In this document: piece by piece, positions 37,234-48,590 of the stretch
Layout: each line of letters opens with the position of its first letter
Position numbering within the stretch: the first letter of the stretch is position 1
From: Macrostomum hystrix
Taxonomy: Eukaryota; Animalia; Platyhelminthes
Assembly (NCBI GenBank): GCA_950097015.1
Contig: CATNEN010000038.1
Coordinates: 12,152,001-12,216,000 of the forward strand
Direction: 5' to 3'
DNA length: 64,000 nt
Translations under genes and position numbers: made by a program
The notes under the pieces: generated by a model
Told to the model about the DNA's origin: nothing
The model's input: the letters and a program-made list of their open reading frames with translations, nothing else
Database searches by the model: none

Positions 37234-37506
37234 CAGTGGCAGATCCAGGAATTTTGTTTTGGGGCGGTCTGTCAGGGGAGCGCCATGAGAATCACAGAGG
37301 GGGTGCCAGCGGCCGAAAAAGGGCGCCAGGAGCCAAGAAAGGGCGCCAGCGGCTGAAAAACGGGAGCCAGCGGCTGAAAAAGGGGCGCCAGCGGCTGAAA
37401 AGGGGCGCCAGTGCTGCGACTGGCGCCCCTGGTGGGGGCATCTTATTCCCATGATTAAAATTTAGGGGGGCGACTGCCCCTCCGCCCCCCCCTAAATCTG
37501 CCTCTG
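37234..37506. mobile_element. hAT-type MITE nested in the Helitron; imperfect TIR CAGTGGCAGAT / ATCTGCCTCTG, 8-bp TSD TATACAGT
   Basis: TSD at 37226-37233 and 37507-37514; internal GGGCGCCAGCGGCTGAAAA repeats. Confidence 0.85.
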
Positions 37507-37658
37507 TATACAGTATGCATGTACACGCGTATGCATAAGGAAAATAGCCATGGCATAACAATAACAATGTCAAAGAAACAAAATTAAACTGTTTCAGAGT
37601 TCAGAGTTAGACAGGTCAAGGTCAATTCGTGACTACTTTTCTATTAATTGCTTGCGAG

Positions 37659-38630
37659 TCACCTCAAGGCCTGGGGATACACCACATTCTTCGTTCTTCC
37701 CCTTGGTGCGAAAATGAATAGGCCAGCTGGAGTTCCAACACGGGAGCAGGCGACATAAAGCTGCCCATGCGAGAAGCAAGGAGTCTCCAGGTTGATGCCA
37801 GCCACCTTCAGCGACTGTCCCTGAGCCTTGTTAATAGTCATCGCAAAGCACACTCTCACAGGGAACTGCAGTCGCTTGAACTGAAATGGCAGGTCTGTGG
37901 GGATAATTGGAATCCGGGGAATGAACACAGACTCTCCTCTGCCAGATCCAGTCATTATCGTGGCCTCAATCACGTGTGGGAAGAGCCGCCTGACTATCAG
38001 TCTGGTGCCGTTACACAGCCTTGGCGCATTCAGGTTGCGGAGGAGCATAATTGGTGCCCCAACTTTCAGCTGCAAATTGTGCAATGGAGTTCCAGGAGGA
38101 TCTAGAGAGTTCAGAAACTCAACAGGATACTCCACAGCGGTGTCATCAGTCAACGTTGTATCAATTGACTTGTAGGTGAAAACTGCACCTGGCAACTCCT
38201 GAAGCAGTTGGTAGTTAATTTCGTTGGCGGCATCATTTCTAGGACACAGAATTGCCCTCTCTGACAGCCAGTCAACGTCAGCATATCGAACCATCAGGTT
38301 CGGGTAAACTTTTGCCTTGAGCTCCTGCACTGACTGCACAATGGTTCCGATTGTAGCGATCGATGACTGCCCATCCTCGGTGCTAATCTCCAGCAGACCA
38401 TTGCCGATTCGCAATAGATTGGCAGAGAACTCATGAGCTGTTTCGTCTCCTTGAATTGTAGCTCTCATGTTTGTTCGTACAGGTGCAACTTCACAACCGA
38501 TGGCCACAGGTGAGATGATTTTAGGCAAGCATTAATCTCATCAGCAGGAGTGCCACGAGGAATCACAGGCAGCGTCTGTCTAAAGTCTCCAGACAGCAGC
38601 AGAGTGACACCACCCATCAGTTGATCGCCA
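37659..38630 (-). pseudogene. Helitron RepHel Pif1 helicase C-terminal remnant (frameshift near 38470-38500)
   Basis: GGVTLLLSGDFRQTLPVIP, RAILCPRN, LKVGAPIMLLRNL..LCNGTRL, RLQFPVRVCFAMTINKAQGQSL, FSHGQLYVACSRV. Confidence 0.92.
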
Positions 38631-39278
38631 GCCTCTCTCTTTCTTCTATCCCAGGCTGGCTGGAGAGAAATATCGCCCTGCGCACTGGGACGCCACCGCA
38701 CTCAGTCTCAGTGCTGCTTGGGGGCCAGTAGACAGTCTAGGGGTTTGGGCTGTGTACATTCACGGCTTGAAATACAATGTACAGTCTGGGGCTTCGGCGC
38801 CCGGGGAAGGGAGGGGGTGGCTGTAATAAAATTTGGCCCGCAGAGTGGCGGAGGGGAGTTGGGGTGGCTGTCCTCGGAAAACAAAAAGTGACTCACTTTG
38901 AGATGATGCAGCTTTGCTCTGGATTGAGTAGAGATGTTCAAAATTGACAGCATTGTTGGAAAACATGTAAAGTGTAAGTGGATCAAATTTGGAGAAAATC
39001 TGACAAAGTGGGGCGACGATATGTCGAATTGAGTGATTTTTTGACGATTTTTGAGCAGTTTTTTGCACTTTTGAGCAGGAAGGAAATGATTTTTCGGGAA
39101 TTTGAGTAGCCTATTGCACTCAGCGTAGGTGGTTTTAGGTATGTGCAAAGTTTGGTGCGATTTGGTTGAGCGGTTTCGGCGTCTATAAAGACAAAAGGTT
39201 GCACACAGACAGACAGACAGACAGACAGAGTTTTCACTTTTATATATATAGATATAGTATAGCTATATACTTGGCATA

Positions 39279-39920
39279 GGGTAATGTATCATCAACAAAA
39301 CAAGAATGTGTATTTTTTTATTTCAAACCTAACCTATAGATTTTCTATTTAAGATATGATGATAAATCAAAAGCCAAGTTATAGAAAACAGTTCCATCGT
39401 TCTAAAAAATGTCAGCTTTTGCTATTTTGTCAAATTGAAAAAAAGTTATTCCAGCTTTTCATCTAAAACTGAACAATAATTTTCATGTATCTTCAAACCA
39501 AATCGAGAATTTGATATTCAGTTTTACAATTTGAGTGGGTGGTTTAATCTTATTTTAAGGAGTGAACTATCATGAATTATGTCATTTGAAAGCATTTTTC
39601 ATGCTCCATAAATAGCTATATTTATGGTCATTTAATTGGCAAGCAACCACATACAATCTTCGTCTAAACTACATACTGAAAAAATGTTGTTAAAAAGTAT
39701 GCTTTTGCAATAAAAATTCCTACTGAAACATCAATATCTTTCTTTCCTCTTAATGCTTTATTGCATGTCATGCCTCAGCTTGTAGATAATTTCTTCAACT
39801 TTCAAATTAGTTGTTTTGTGAAACACAATAGCTAGTTTCTGTCTTGCACGAGACCAAGGAAGGAGTCAAAATTCTTGTTTGGTTTTGAAGATACACTGTT
39901 TGGTTGATGATACATTACCC
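39279..39920. mobile_element. ~640-bp MITE copy 1, TIR GGGTAATGTATCATCAAC, TA flanks
   Basis: Inverted termini; near-identical second copy at 40486-41125. Confidence 0.85.
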
Positions 39921-40485
39921 TATGCCAGCACCAAATTATAAATGAACTTACATTATTATTCAATAAAACTAATAACTATGCTTTTAAATAAAATACACCT
40001 TGATTTTTTACATTGAGATTAAGCCTTTTTAAAAAGGGTTTAGGTCTACTTTTAAGTTTAGATAAGTGAAAAAATATTTTAGCTAAACATTCATAGCTAG
40101 CTATGGATGGATACAAACCATTATTAAGACTAGAATGGGGGCTAATAAAAAATCTAAGGTATCAAGTAATTAAGAAAGCTAGGCCTAATAATAATAGGCC
40201 TACTTCAAAACAAAGAATTCACAATATTCCACAAGTTTATCTAAATTTTCTTTTTTTAGTTAGGCCTATGCAAAAATTATTCTAACAAGCCTTTTTATCA
40301 TAGACTTTAGACTTATTACACCTAGCTAAATGAATAAAATAATATTTTGTGCGTAATCGGCAAGGGATGGAGACAAGCATAGGCCTAGACCTATCTATAT
40401 TATGACTATCAGGCCTATAATCCATAGACTCTAGGCTATGCCGCTATTAGCTAGGACAAGCATAGCTATAGCCTATACGATTATA

Positions 40486-41125
40486 GGGTAATGTATCATC
40501 AACCAAACAAGAATGTGTATTTTTTAACTTCAAACCTAAGCTACAGATTTTCTATTTAAGATATGATGATAAATCAAAAGCCAAGTTATAGAAAACAGTT
40601 ACATCTTTCTAAAAAGTATCTTCTTTTGCTATTTTGTCAAATAGAAAAAAGTTGTTCCTGCTTTTTATCTAAAACCGAACAATGATTTTCATGTATCTTC
40701 AAACCAAACAGAGAATTCGATGTTTGGCTTTACAATTTGAGTGAGTGGTTTAATCTTATTTTAAGGAGTGAACTATCATGAATTATGTAATTTGAAAGCA
40801 TTTTTCATGCTCTATAAATAACTACATTTATGGTCATTTAATTGGCAAGCAACCATATACAATCTTTGTCTAAAGTACATACTGAAAAATGTTGTTAAAA
40901 AGTATGCTTTTGCAATAAAAATTTCTACTGAAGGATCAATATCTTTCTTTCCTCTTAATGCTTCATTGCACATCATGCCTCAGCTTGTAGATAATTTCTT
41001 CAACTTTCAAATTAGTTGTTCTGTGAAACACAATAGCTTGTTTCTGTCTTGCACAAGACCAAGGAAGGAGTCAAAATTCTTGTTCGGTTTTGAAGATACA
41101 CTGTTTGGTTGATGATACATTACCC
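40486..41125. mobile_element. ~640-bp MITE copy 2
   Basis: Same TIRs and body as 39279-39920 with scattered substitutions. Confidence 0.85.
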
Positions 41126-41295
41126 TATATATTGATCTTTCTGATATCCGAAATATGTTTGATATCTGATATCTGAAATATTTTTGATATCTGATATCTT
41201 TCTTATCTGAAAGAAAACAAAACATCTCGAATCAAAACAATGAAAACGGTTTGCATGGCACCTCATAGCAGCCGTGTTGACGACTCTTAGGCTAC

Positions 41296-41679
41296 ATCGA
41301 ACATGCGCGACGGTCGCCTAATAGGCAACTCCGAACATGTTCTTTGTTCCGAGAACATGTTCTTTTAAACTAATAAGGCTACTTAATGTATATTAATAAA
41401 TTAATAACATGAAGAAAAAACTATGCATTCCTTGGCATGAGGTCAACAAACAAGACAGTTAAACCATGTGTGTGTGTGTTAAACCATACTAGACATAGTA
41501 TGGGTTTAACTGTCTTGTTTGTTGACCTCATACCAACGAAGGCATCGTTTTTTCTTCATGTTATTAATTTATTAATATACATTAAGTAGCCTTATTAATT
41601 TAAAAGAACATGTTCTCACTTCTCGGAACAAAGAACATGTTCGAAGTTGCCTATTAGGCGACCGTCGCGCATGTTCGAT
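41296..41679. repeat. Foldback element with ~170-bp inverted arms
   Basis: ATCGAACATGCGCGACGGTCGCCTAATAGGCAAC... mirrored by ...GTTGCCTATTAGGCGACCGTCGCGCATGTTCGAT. Confidence 0.9.
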
Positions 41680-42139
41680 TACTGTTTCTTAGACCCTATC
41701 TCTGTCAACAACACGGGTGAAAATTCCGTCTAGTTCAATAGAATGTTAAATTCTAAACGGCTTAACAAACAAGGCTTTAACAAAAAAATCGTAAGTCCTT
41801 TTTGCTGCACGAAGATCTACGTCGGATACCTCTCTTGCAAGGTTCCCATAATTTTCACCACTGGTTTTTCTCTGCAGCTTTAACATTAATGACCCAGCAA
41901 GAAATGGCAGTCAGAATATAATCGGATTTCGATCGGATTTCTGCAGAAAATCGAAATGTTTGCGGAACACATTTTATAGTTACAAAACTTGTTTTTAGCT
42001 TGATAAGTGATATTTTTTTAACTTACACGTGCTTGGACCGTTAATTTAAGCAAGACTCCTTGTCTACGAGTATATTCACGTTTGGTGGAGAAGTGTAAGT
42101 ATTCGCAGGCGCAGCTTCTGAACACTGCGTCAGCTGTTC

Positions 42140-42295
42140 AGTCCATGGACTGTGGGGGGACGCCCGACCCTCCCTCAGTTACCCCAACTAATGCTGGTAC
42201 CCATTTAACAGGACACACTGCACGTTGTTGCAGTGGAGTCGGGAGTCGAGCCCCTCCCCACCTTCAAGTCGTGAGTCCGACGCTCTATCTACTAT
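42140..42295 (-). mobile_element. SINE family B copy (internally deleted)
   Basis: Shares GCGTCGGACTCA, AATGGGTACCAGCAT and AGTCCATGGACT with 56354-56550. Confidence 0.7.
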
Positions 42296-42432
42296 TTCTA
42301 CAGCCCCTCATTTATATATGGCTCATCCTCAGGTGCCATTTCTATCCTGCATGGACTGTAAATTCTCAATTCCTTTGTATACAAAAATTGTCAACAGTCC
42401 TGTCTCCCTGTACCATTTCAGAGTTAACAGCG

Positions 42433-42669
42433 ATGCGTATACACCTAATCTTCCTGGCTTTTTCTGTAGTGGCCTCTTTTATCTCCGCTGCCATGAGCAT
42501 CAACGAACAGCCATCCCCAATGTACTTGGCCTGCATGGAGAAAAAGTTCGGTACAGATTGCAAATTTGATCACGACTGTGAGTGCAGCAAATTAGAACCG
42601 AATTACAGCTGCCTGCGAGCAAGGACCAGCAGCCGGCGGGAGTGCACTATTGACTTCAGCGAGGATTAA
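42433..42669 (+). CDS. Small secreted six-cysteine peptide (78 aa)
   Basis: Signal-like MRIHLIFLAFSVVASFISAAMS; Cys spacing C-x8-C-x5-C-x-C-x8-C-x10-C; acceptor CATTTCAG just upstream; AATAAA at ~42840. Confidence 0.75.
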   Translation: MRIHLIFLAFSVVASFISAAMSINEQPSPMYLACMEKKFGTDCKFDHDCECSKLEPNYSCLRARTSSRRECTIDFSED

Positions 42670-43696
42670 CAGACAAGAGTCACTTATGGTGATTGCGGCG
42701 CTCATGTGAACATGAGACATAAGACATCAAATATACACTCGTATGGACAATCACAGAACAATGCTTTGAGTTCTAAGTAAAAACTAAAGCTCTCTGAATA
42801 TGTGTAGTTATTTTATACTCGTAATTAACTTGGCGAATTAATAAATTTGTTATTTGTGCACTGGACAAACTGGTTGGCGTTGCAGCGAGCATCGGCCTGC
42901 ATGGTTTTCAACACGAAGAAGACCGTCGTTTCTATGAGTGCCGGGCGGCAATGAGACCATTGTGCCGGGCGACAATGAGACCGCAGTTTCTGCCGTGGCG
43001 CTGATGGCAGGCAACGGAACTTACGCGCCGTCTGCAGTTAGTCTATCTCGGTGGTATATACTCGTATACGAGCGTATGGTCCCTGCAAACGTGTGCTAAG
43101 ATCATCGACGATGCCGTGGGCTCGCTCTTGTCTACCTCTTGTTCTGTGAGGGCTGTCCTGCAGTCCGACATCATAGCTAGCTGATCGGTGACAGGCTCAC
43201 TGTTTAAGCTGCATCATGCACGGCTGCTGCGTTGCTATACTATACGTACGAATGTAGAAAGCTCTCAGTCTGAAACATGGCTCTTGACTCTGTCTAGGGA
43301 CTCTCGCGTAGGGATTCTCGCTAAGTTATCTTAAAATAGGGATACTAAAGTCTGGAATAAAACCTGTGCTCCCAACAGGGGTAGCATTGCTAAACTCTAG
43401 AAAATACCAAATAAAATGATCTCGTAACTCAGATAATCAGGTAATGTTATATTGAATTATCTCCAACTAAGAATGTTAGATGCTCGAATGCTCGATGTTC
43501 CATTTTACGAGCGTAGATTGATTTAAACTGTTTATTGTTTGTTATAAACTAAATTCAAATATGAATAGTTGCATGCATATTAAACTCGCAATAATAATGG
43601 TCCGCGCACTGCTAGAAATACATTTTTTTGAGTAGAAGAGAGTATAGTGAGCAAGTCCGGTCCTTTTCCAGTTGCCAGCGGCTCAGCAGCATCTGC

Positions 43697-43951
43697 CTAC
43701 TTGCCAGGGATCGGCAGCATGCGGTAGACCCTGTAGACCGACTTGGCCACGCGCCACACACGCTTCCACCGGATTCGCCACTTCTTCTGCAGCTCCGCGG
43801 CCTTCTCCGCTGTCAATTCCGACTCGTCCATGTCAGCCAGGGCCTCAAGGACCTGCAGCGACTCCGTGTCTTCCTCCGACATCTCCTGGCTGGGTCTGGC
43901 GGCTGCCAGGGCTGCGCAGAGCAGGAGTCCGAGAGCAAACTGCCACTTCAT
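43697..43951 (-). CDS. Antimicrobial-peptide-like prepropeptide (84 aa): signal, acidic propiece, cationic Trp/Arg-rich mature peptide, GK amidation signal
   Basis: MKWQFALGLLLCAALAAA / RPSQEMSEEDTES..AELQ (12 D/E) / KK / WRIRWKRVWRVAKSVYRVYRMLPIP / GK-stop; TATAAA at ~44045-44050 and AATAAA at ~43531-43536 on the minus strand. Confidence 0.85.
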   Translation of the reverse strand: MKWQFALGLLLCAALAAARPSQEMSEEDTESLQVLEALADMDESELTAEKAAELQKKWRIRWKRVWRVAKSVYRVYRMLPIPGK

Positions 43952-44043
43952 GCTTGTGCCGCTGTTTTTCGCTTGATGAAGCAGGTTAAGAAGCTGAGAG
44001 CTGCACTTGGCTTGGAGGTCCACCCAGCATCGAGGTGACTCGA

Positions 44044-44051
44044 ATTTATAC
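44044..44051 (-). promoter_or_regulatory. Probable TATA box of the AMP-like gene
   Basis: GTATAAAT on the minus strand ~95 nt upstream of the ATG. Confidence 0.55.
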
Positions 44052-45209
44052 ACTCCAAATCGACACGTTTTTCCGGTCATGGAAAATTATCGAGCCTTTG
44101 AAAGCTGGTCTCACATGCTGCACAGCAGAGCGACCCGCTGCTGCAATTTCCTTTTCCTATTCAAGCCGTTCTCTTGACACTGAGGTAGAATAGCTCCTAC
44201 AATTAGGTTCATTGTGTGAGATGAGTGTCAAGATTAAAGGAATTTGCGTCTTAACTTACTGTGTTTCATAACTTGGCGACTCAAGCTTTTCTCGCTTGAA
44301 AAGCCGCTTTTGGCAGTGAAAATGAAGAGTGTGATGACCTGCTCTCTCTTGCTTGACCTTGAGAAATGCTTAAAGATAGAGATTCCATTCGATTCCAAAT
44401 CTAGAGTAATATTTTACTGACAAAGATGATTGGCGGCGTGACGTGCAGTTAACGCACAAGGAATTCTTTATTAAAACTTTGCGATATTCGTAACTTCATC
44501 ACTATATTCTAAATGCCTAATCTAAATCTGTCCGTACTAACGTACAAACGCTACAGAAAGACTATGGCCAGACGGCATGAATGATCTAGGGGGAAGCATG
44601 TTATATTGAGACCGTAGCACGCTTTGTAAACGCGGTAGCATGATTTTACAAGGGATAGCATGATTGCATGCAGCCTATATATTGTCAAATGATCTCGACT
44701 TCGATCATTGTGCCGCTTTATTTTCATCTAGCTCCGAGATTTATCGGTACTTTTGTTTTGCAGAATGCAGGTCAAATTTCAGCATCTGCAGTTGTGCTAC
44801 TGCTTCATTTTCGTAATATCATGAACAGTTAATAAGTTTATTATTATATTTTTTTAGTTTTTTGGGTATAAGTAACTGTTAATAGTAAGAGCTATTGATT
44901 AGATAAATATTTTTAGCTAAATTATTACTCTTCTCACTCTGAGAAAATTTTTTTCGAGTGCAGCAGCAAGTCTTATTCGAAACAAAACTGAGGAAAGAAT
45001 TTTCGAGCATATCTGCCAGCCTTTTTAGATTCAGAAGTATAGGAAAATACTTTGAGCAAAGTAGCGTTGTTCATTTTCAATTTTCACGTATTTTTAAGCA
45101 TTCGTGCAAGCAATATTCAATAGGATTAAAAATACATGAAGACTGTTTAAGCATACGTTGCTGTTGGCATTTTTCAAATGTTATACGAGATTTAAACATT
45201 TGTATTTGT

Positions 45210-45580
45210 GGGGAGACATTGGTTCTCTGCTGCTGGGGGACATTGGTTCTCTGCTGCTGGGGGACATTGGTTCTCTGCTGCTGGGGGACATTAGTTTTCT
45301 GCTGCTGGGGGGACATTAGTTCTCTGCTGCTGGGGGGACATTAGTTTTCTGCTGCTGGGGGGACATTAGTTCTCTGCTGCTGGGGGGACATTAGTTTTCT
45401 GCTGCTGGGGGGACATTAGTTCTCTGCTGCTGGGGGGACATTAGTTCTCTGCTGCTGGGGGGACATTAGTTCTCTGCTGCTAGGGGACATTGGTTCTTTG
45501 CTGCTGGGGGACATTGGTTCTTTGCTGCTGGGGGACATTGGTTCTCTGCTGCTGGGGGGACATTAGTTCTCTGCTGCTGG
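45210..45580. repeat. ~24-bp minisatellite (GGGGGACATTAGTTCTCTGCTGCT)n
   Basis: Tandem units visible. Confidence 0.92.
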
Positions 45581-46518
45581 TTTTGTCTGCCCAGGTTGCC
45601 AGCCAAGAGTTGACTATGTTTGGGGCCAACAGGAGGGGGCGTATTAGCTAATTGAGAAGACAAGTGTAATTTGCATTAGGGGATTTACAAACGTTGCAGT
45701 GTGAATTTGTACCTGTATACGTAATTGTTGAAGATAAATGTGAATAAGTTGAAATTTTCCTAAATCAGTAGAGTACTTGCCGGTGAAAACCTGCCTCCTA
45801 AACTTATTCTAAGAAATGTTGTTTCCCGTCCTTCGACTCCTTGTGGTCCTTGAAGGCAAATACACGACCCTACACGGCGTCTTTGATTAATTTATTTGCG
45901 AAGCTATCTGAGGTTTATGAGTAGTGTGAGACGCGTTTTCTACATTTTGGTTTACAATTATTGGGTGTTTGCTCATAAAATTCCAACTTCAACCCAATCC
46001 ATAATCCCAATCCATCCCAATCCATAAGTCTGCGAGTCCCAACGATCTTTGTTCCCAATTTGCCCTTCCAGGCCTTCACAGTCATAGATAAAGTATACCA
46101 TAAAGTATAAAATATAGATTGGTATACTTTATCTATGTTCACAGTATTTCCTTAAGACTTGTCTAAAGCTATAAAATTTTGTGCTCTTTGTCTGCTTGGC
46201 TCCTTCCCTACCCCAGACACAAGCCCTCCCAAAACCTTCCCCGCTGCACCCACACCGCACATTCGCAGATGTACGCAAATTAAAATCTGTGAGGATGTCC
46301 GTTCAGTTAGCCAATAGGACACTTGCAGCCTATTTAACAGGAGGATGGGTTGTGCCTCATCTAAATAGTGAACGACTGGCAGCGAAGGGTATCAAACATA
46401 AAACGAGGAGATTTTAGTCTATTTAAAACTTGCCATAGTATGAAACCCAACCAGAGACTTAAGCCATCTCCATACTTTGTGCGACAGGAATCGACTCGAC
46501 TGCTTACAATTGCATTAG

Positions 46519-47636
46519 GATGATGCAGCTCGCGATTGCACATGTACTGCTACACTTTGGTGCTATATCAGGTGAGACTGCTCACCTAATAATGCTTCTC
46601 AAACTGCCTGACACTTTCTTTCTCATCCCATCTCATCTCCCTCTCATTCATTCCATCACTCTACTTCTCACTCTGTCTCCCTCTCATTCATTTAATCACT
46701 CTACTTCTCACTCTGTCTCCCTCTCATTCATTCCATCACTCCACTTGTCACTCTGTCTCCCTCTCATTCATTCCATCACTCTACTTCTCACTCTGTCTCC
46801 CTCTCATTCATTCCATCACTCTACTTCTCACTCTAACTGTCTACCTCTCATTCATTCCATCACTCTACTTCTCACTCTAACTGTCTCCCTCTCATTCATT
46901 CCATCACTCTACTTCTCACTCTACCTGTCTCCCTCTCATTCATTCCATCACTCTACTTCTCACTCTACCTGTCTCCCTCTCATTCATTCCATCACTCTAC
47001 TTCTCACTCTACCTGTCTACCTCTCTTTCATTCAATCACTCTACTTCTCACTCTAACTTTCTACCTCTCATTCATTCTATCAGTCTACTTGTCACTCTAC
47101 CTGTCTACCTCTCTTTCATTCAATGTCACCAAATATTCAACCAATCGCAATTAATATCTAGAACACGCTAAACTTTTCTGCCCTACCCGATGAAACAACT
47201 TCCGTAACATATTCGTAGATTCTCGTGAATTCACTTCGAATCAATCAGAAAGAAAATTCACAATGGTATTTCAATTTGAACTTTATCAGCGCCACTTGGA
47301 CTGGCTGCAACCGGTTTGCCTGCCCTGGCCGCTTGCACGGGAGTCTATATCCTGGTTGGCACTGGTAATCACCTTTTTGGTAAAAAGCTGTGCCAGCTAA
47401 TTTTTGGGAACGACAAGGACCTCACCAAAACTGTACTCAACGAGTCCTATGAAGTGCTGGGCTGCCCCGAAGACTGCTCTAATGACGAGCTGAAGAAAGC
47501 TACGGAAGCAAGGAAAGCTGACGTGCAGAAATTCGAAGAAAAGAATAACGAAGATGGGGAAAAATTTCTGGCAGCTATAGATTTGGCCTTCTATTTTATT
47601 ACGAAACACCGGTCCGGAAGTCCTGAAGCAAATTGA
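46519..47636 (+). CDS. Two terminal exons (46519/46529-46571 and 47290-47636) encoding a hydrophobic Gly/Ala segment and a degenerate J-like domain lacking HPD
   Basis: TCAG|GTGAG donor (phase 1) joins TTTATCAG|CG acceptor in frame: LAIAHVLLHFGAISAPLGLAATGLPALAACTGVYILVG..ESYEVLGCPEDCSNDELKKA..KFLAAIDLAFYFI. Confidence 0.65.
46625..47120. repeat. Pyrimidine-rich ~40-bp minisatellite (CCCTCTCATTCATTCCATCACTCTACTTCTCACTCTGTCT)n in an intron
   Basis: Tandem units visible. Confidence 0.9.
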
Positions 47637-48590
47637 TTCCGATTCACCGAGAAGCACTGTGACTCGATTATCATTACTGATTTTTTTAACTTTATAATCT
47701 TTCTACTCGTATTAATATACTCGTTATATTTGTTCGGTAGATGGAGGCTCATTTAACTCTTGTTTCGGTGAACAAGTAACGAAGAAGGACAATGATTTGA
47801 CAGCGGCGTTTTATCGCATAACAAGGTATGAGTACTACCGGTACGACCTCTGCGCTCTAGCTCCGCAGTAATATTTATTTTTATTTTGCATTGAGGTGGT
47901 GACTGGGGGTGAGAAAAGTACTAGCAACACGAAGTATTGTACGGTGCCGATAGATGCACACTGACTGGGACTTGGGTTAGAAAAATTACTGTGACGCTTG
48001 AAGCACGCTGATTGGCTGTCAGCTTAGAGCACTTCTAGACTGAAAATACAATATATGAATGCAACCAAAATAATTAGAATTAATAAACTACTCAGGCCTC
48101 TCAACCATACCTCCCTTCTTGGCATGAGCACATGCCAATGACTCACCCTAAATGAACATGATCCAAACTAGTCGAAAACTGCATAAACAACGCTGAAAAT
48201 TACCTTTGAATTACAACAAAACAAAAACTAAACCGCATAAACCAGTACGACTCTCAAATCATAATGTGCGAAATCAATGGTTAATATAATTATAGGTGAT
48301 GGAGCACGAACTAATAACACATCTATTGCGCATACAAACTCACCAAGAACGCAGCGTACGAAGTAAACACACTTAACTCAAACGGCAACTGTGCGCAGGG
48401 AAGGAAATTTAAATTAAAAAATAAGGAAAGAAAGAAAATTAAACATACAACTATAGCAAATTCCCACCACCAAACTCTTATAATGAAGCAACTTAACGCA
48501 AAGCAACGCATGTAACACAAAATGATGTCCAACACACATATACCGACGACATGTCCTCAGAAACTCAGTTAACTTACTTCACACACTCCA

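Larger units (their letters stand above)
36997..39252 (-). mobile_element. Non-autonomous Helitron (~2.25 kb) retaining the C-terminal part of the Pif1-type helicase
   Basis: 5' end TCTATATATATAAAAGTGAAAACTCTGTCTGTCTG at 39252; 3' end GCCC..GGGC hairpin then CTAG at 36997, inserted between A and T. Confidence 0.88.

Noticed and set aside
42082-42432. N-terminal extension of the 195-aa ORF
   Set aside because: Overlaps a SINE copy and a splice acceptor; the credible CDS starts at ATG 42433
42860-43330. Possible decayed RTE-like RT fragment between the two peptide genes
   Set aside because: Only faint motif traces with multiple stops; not supportable without a search
48323-48535. Hydrophobic ORF between integrase and the 3' LTR as a possible env
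   Set aside because: Only 70 codons in T-rich sequence, with no envelope features
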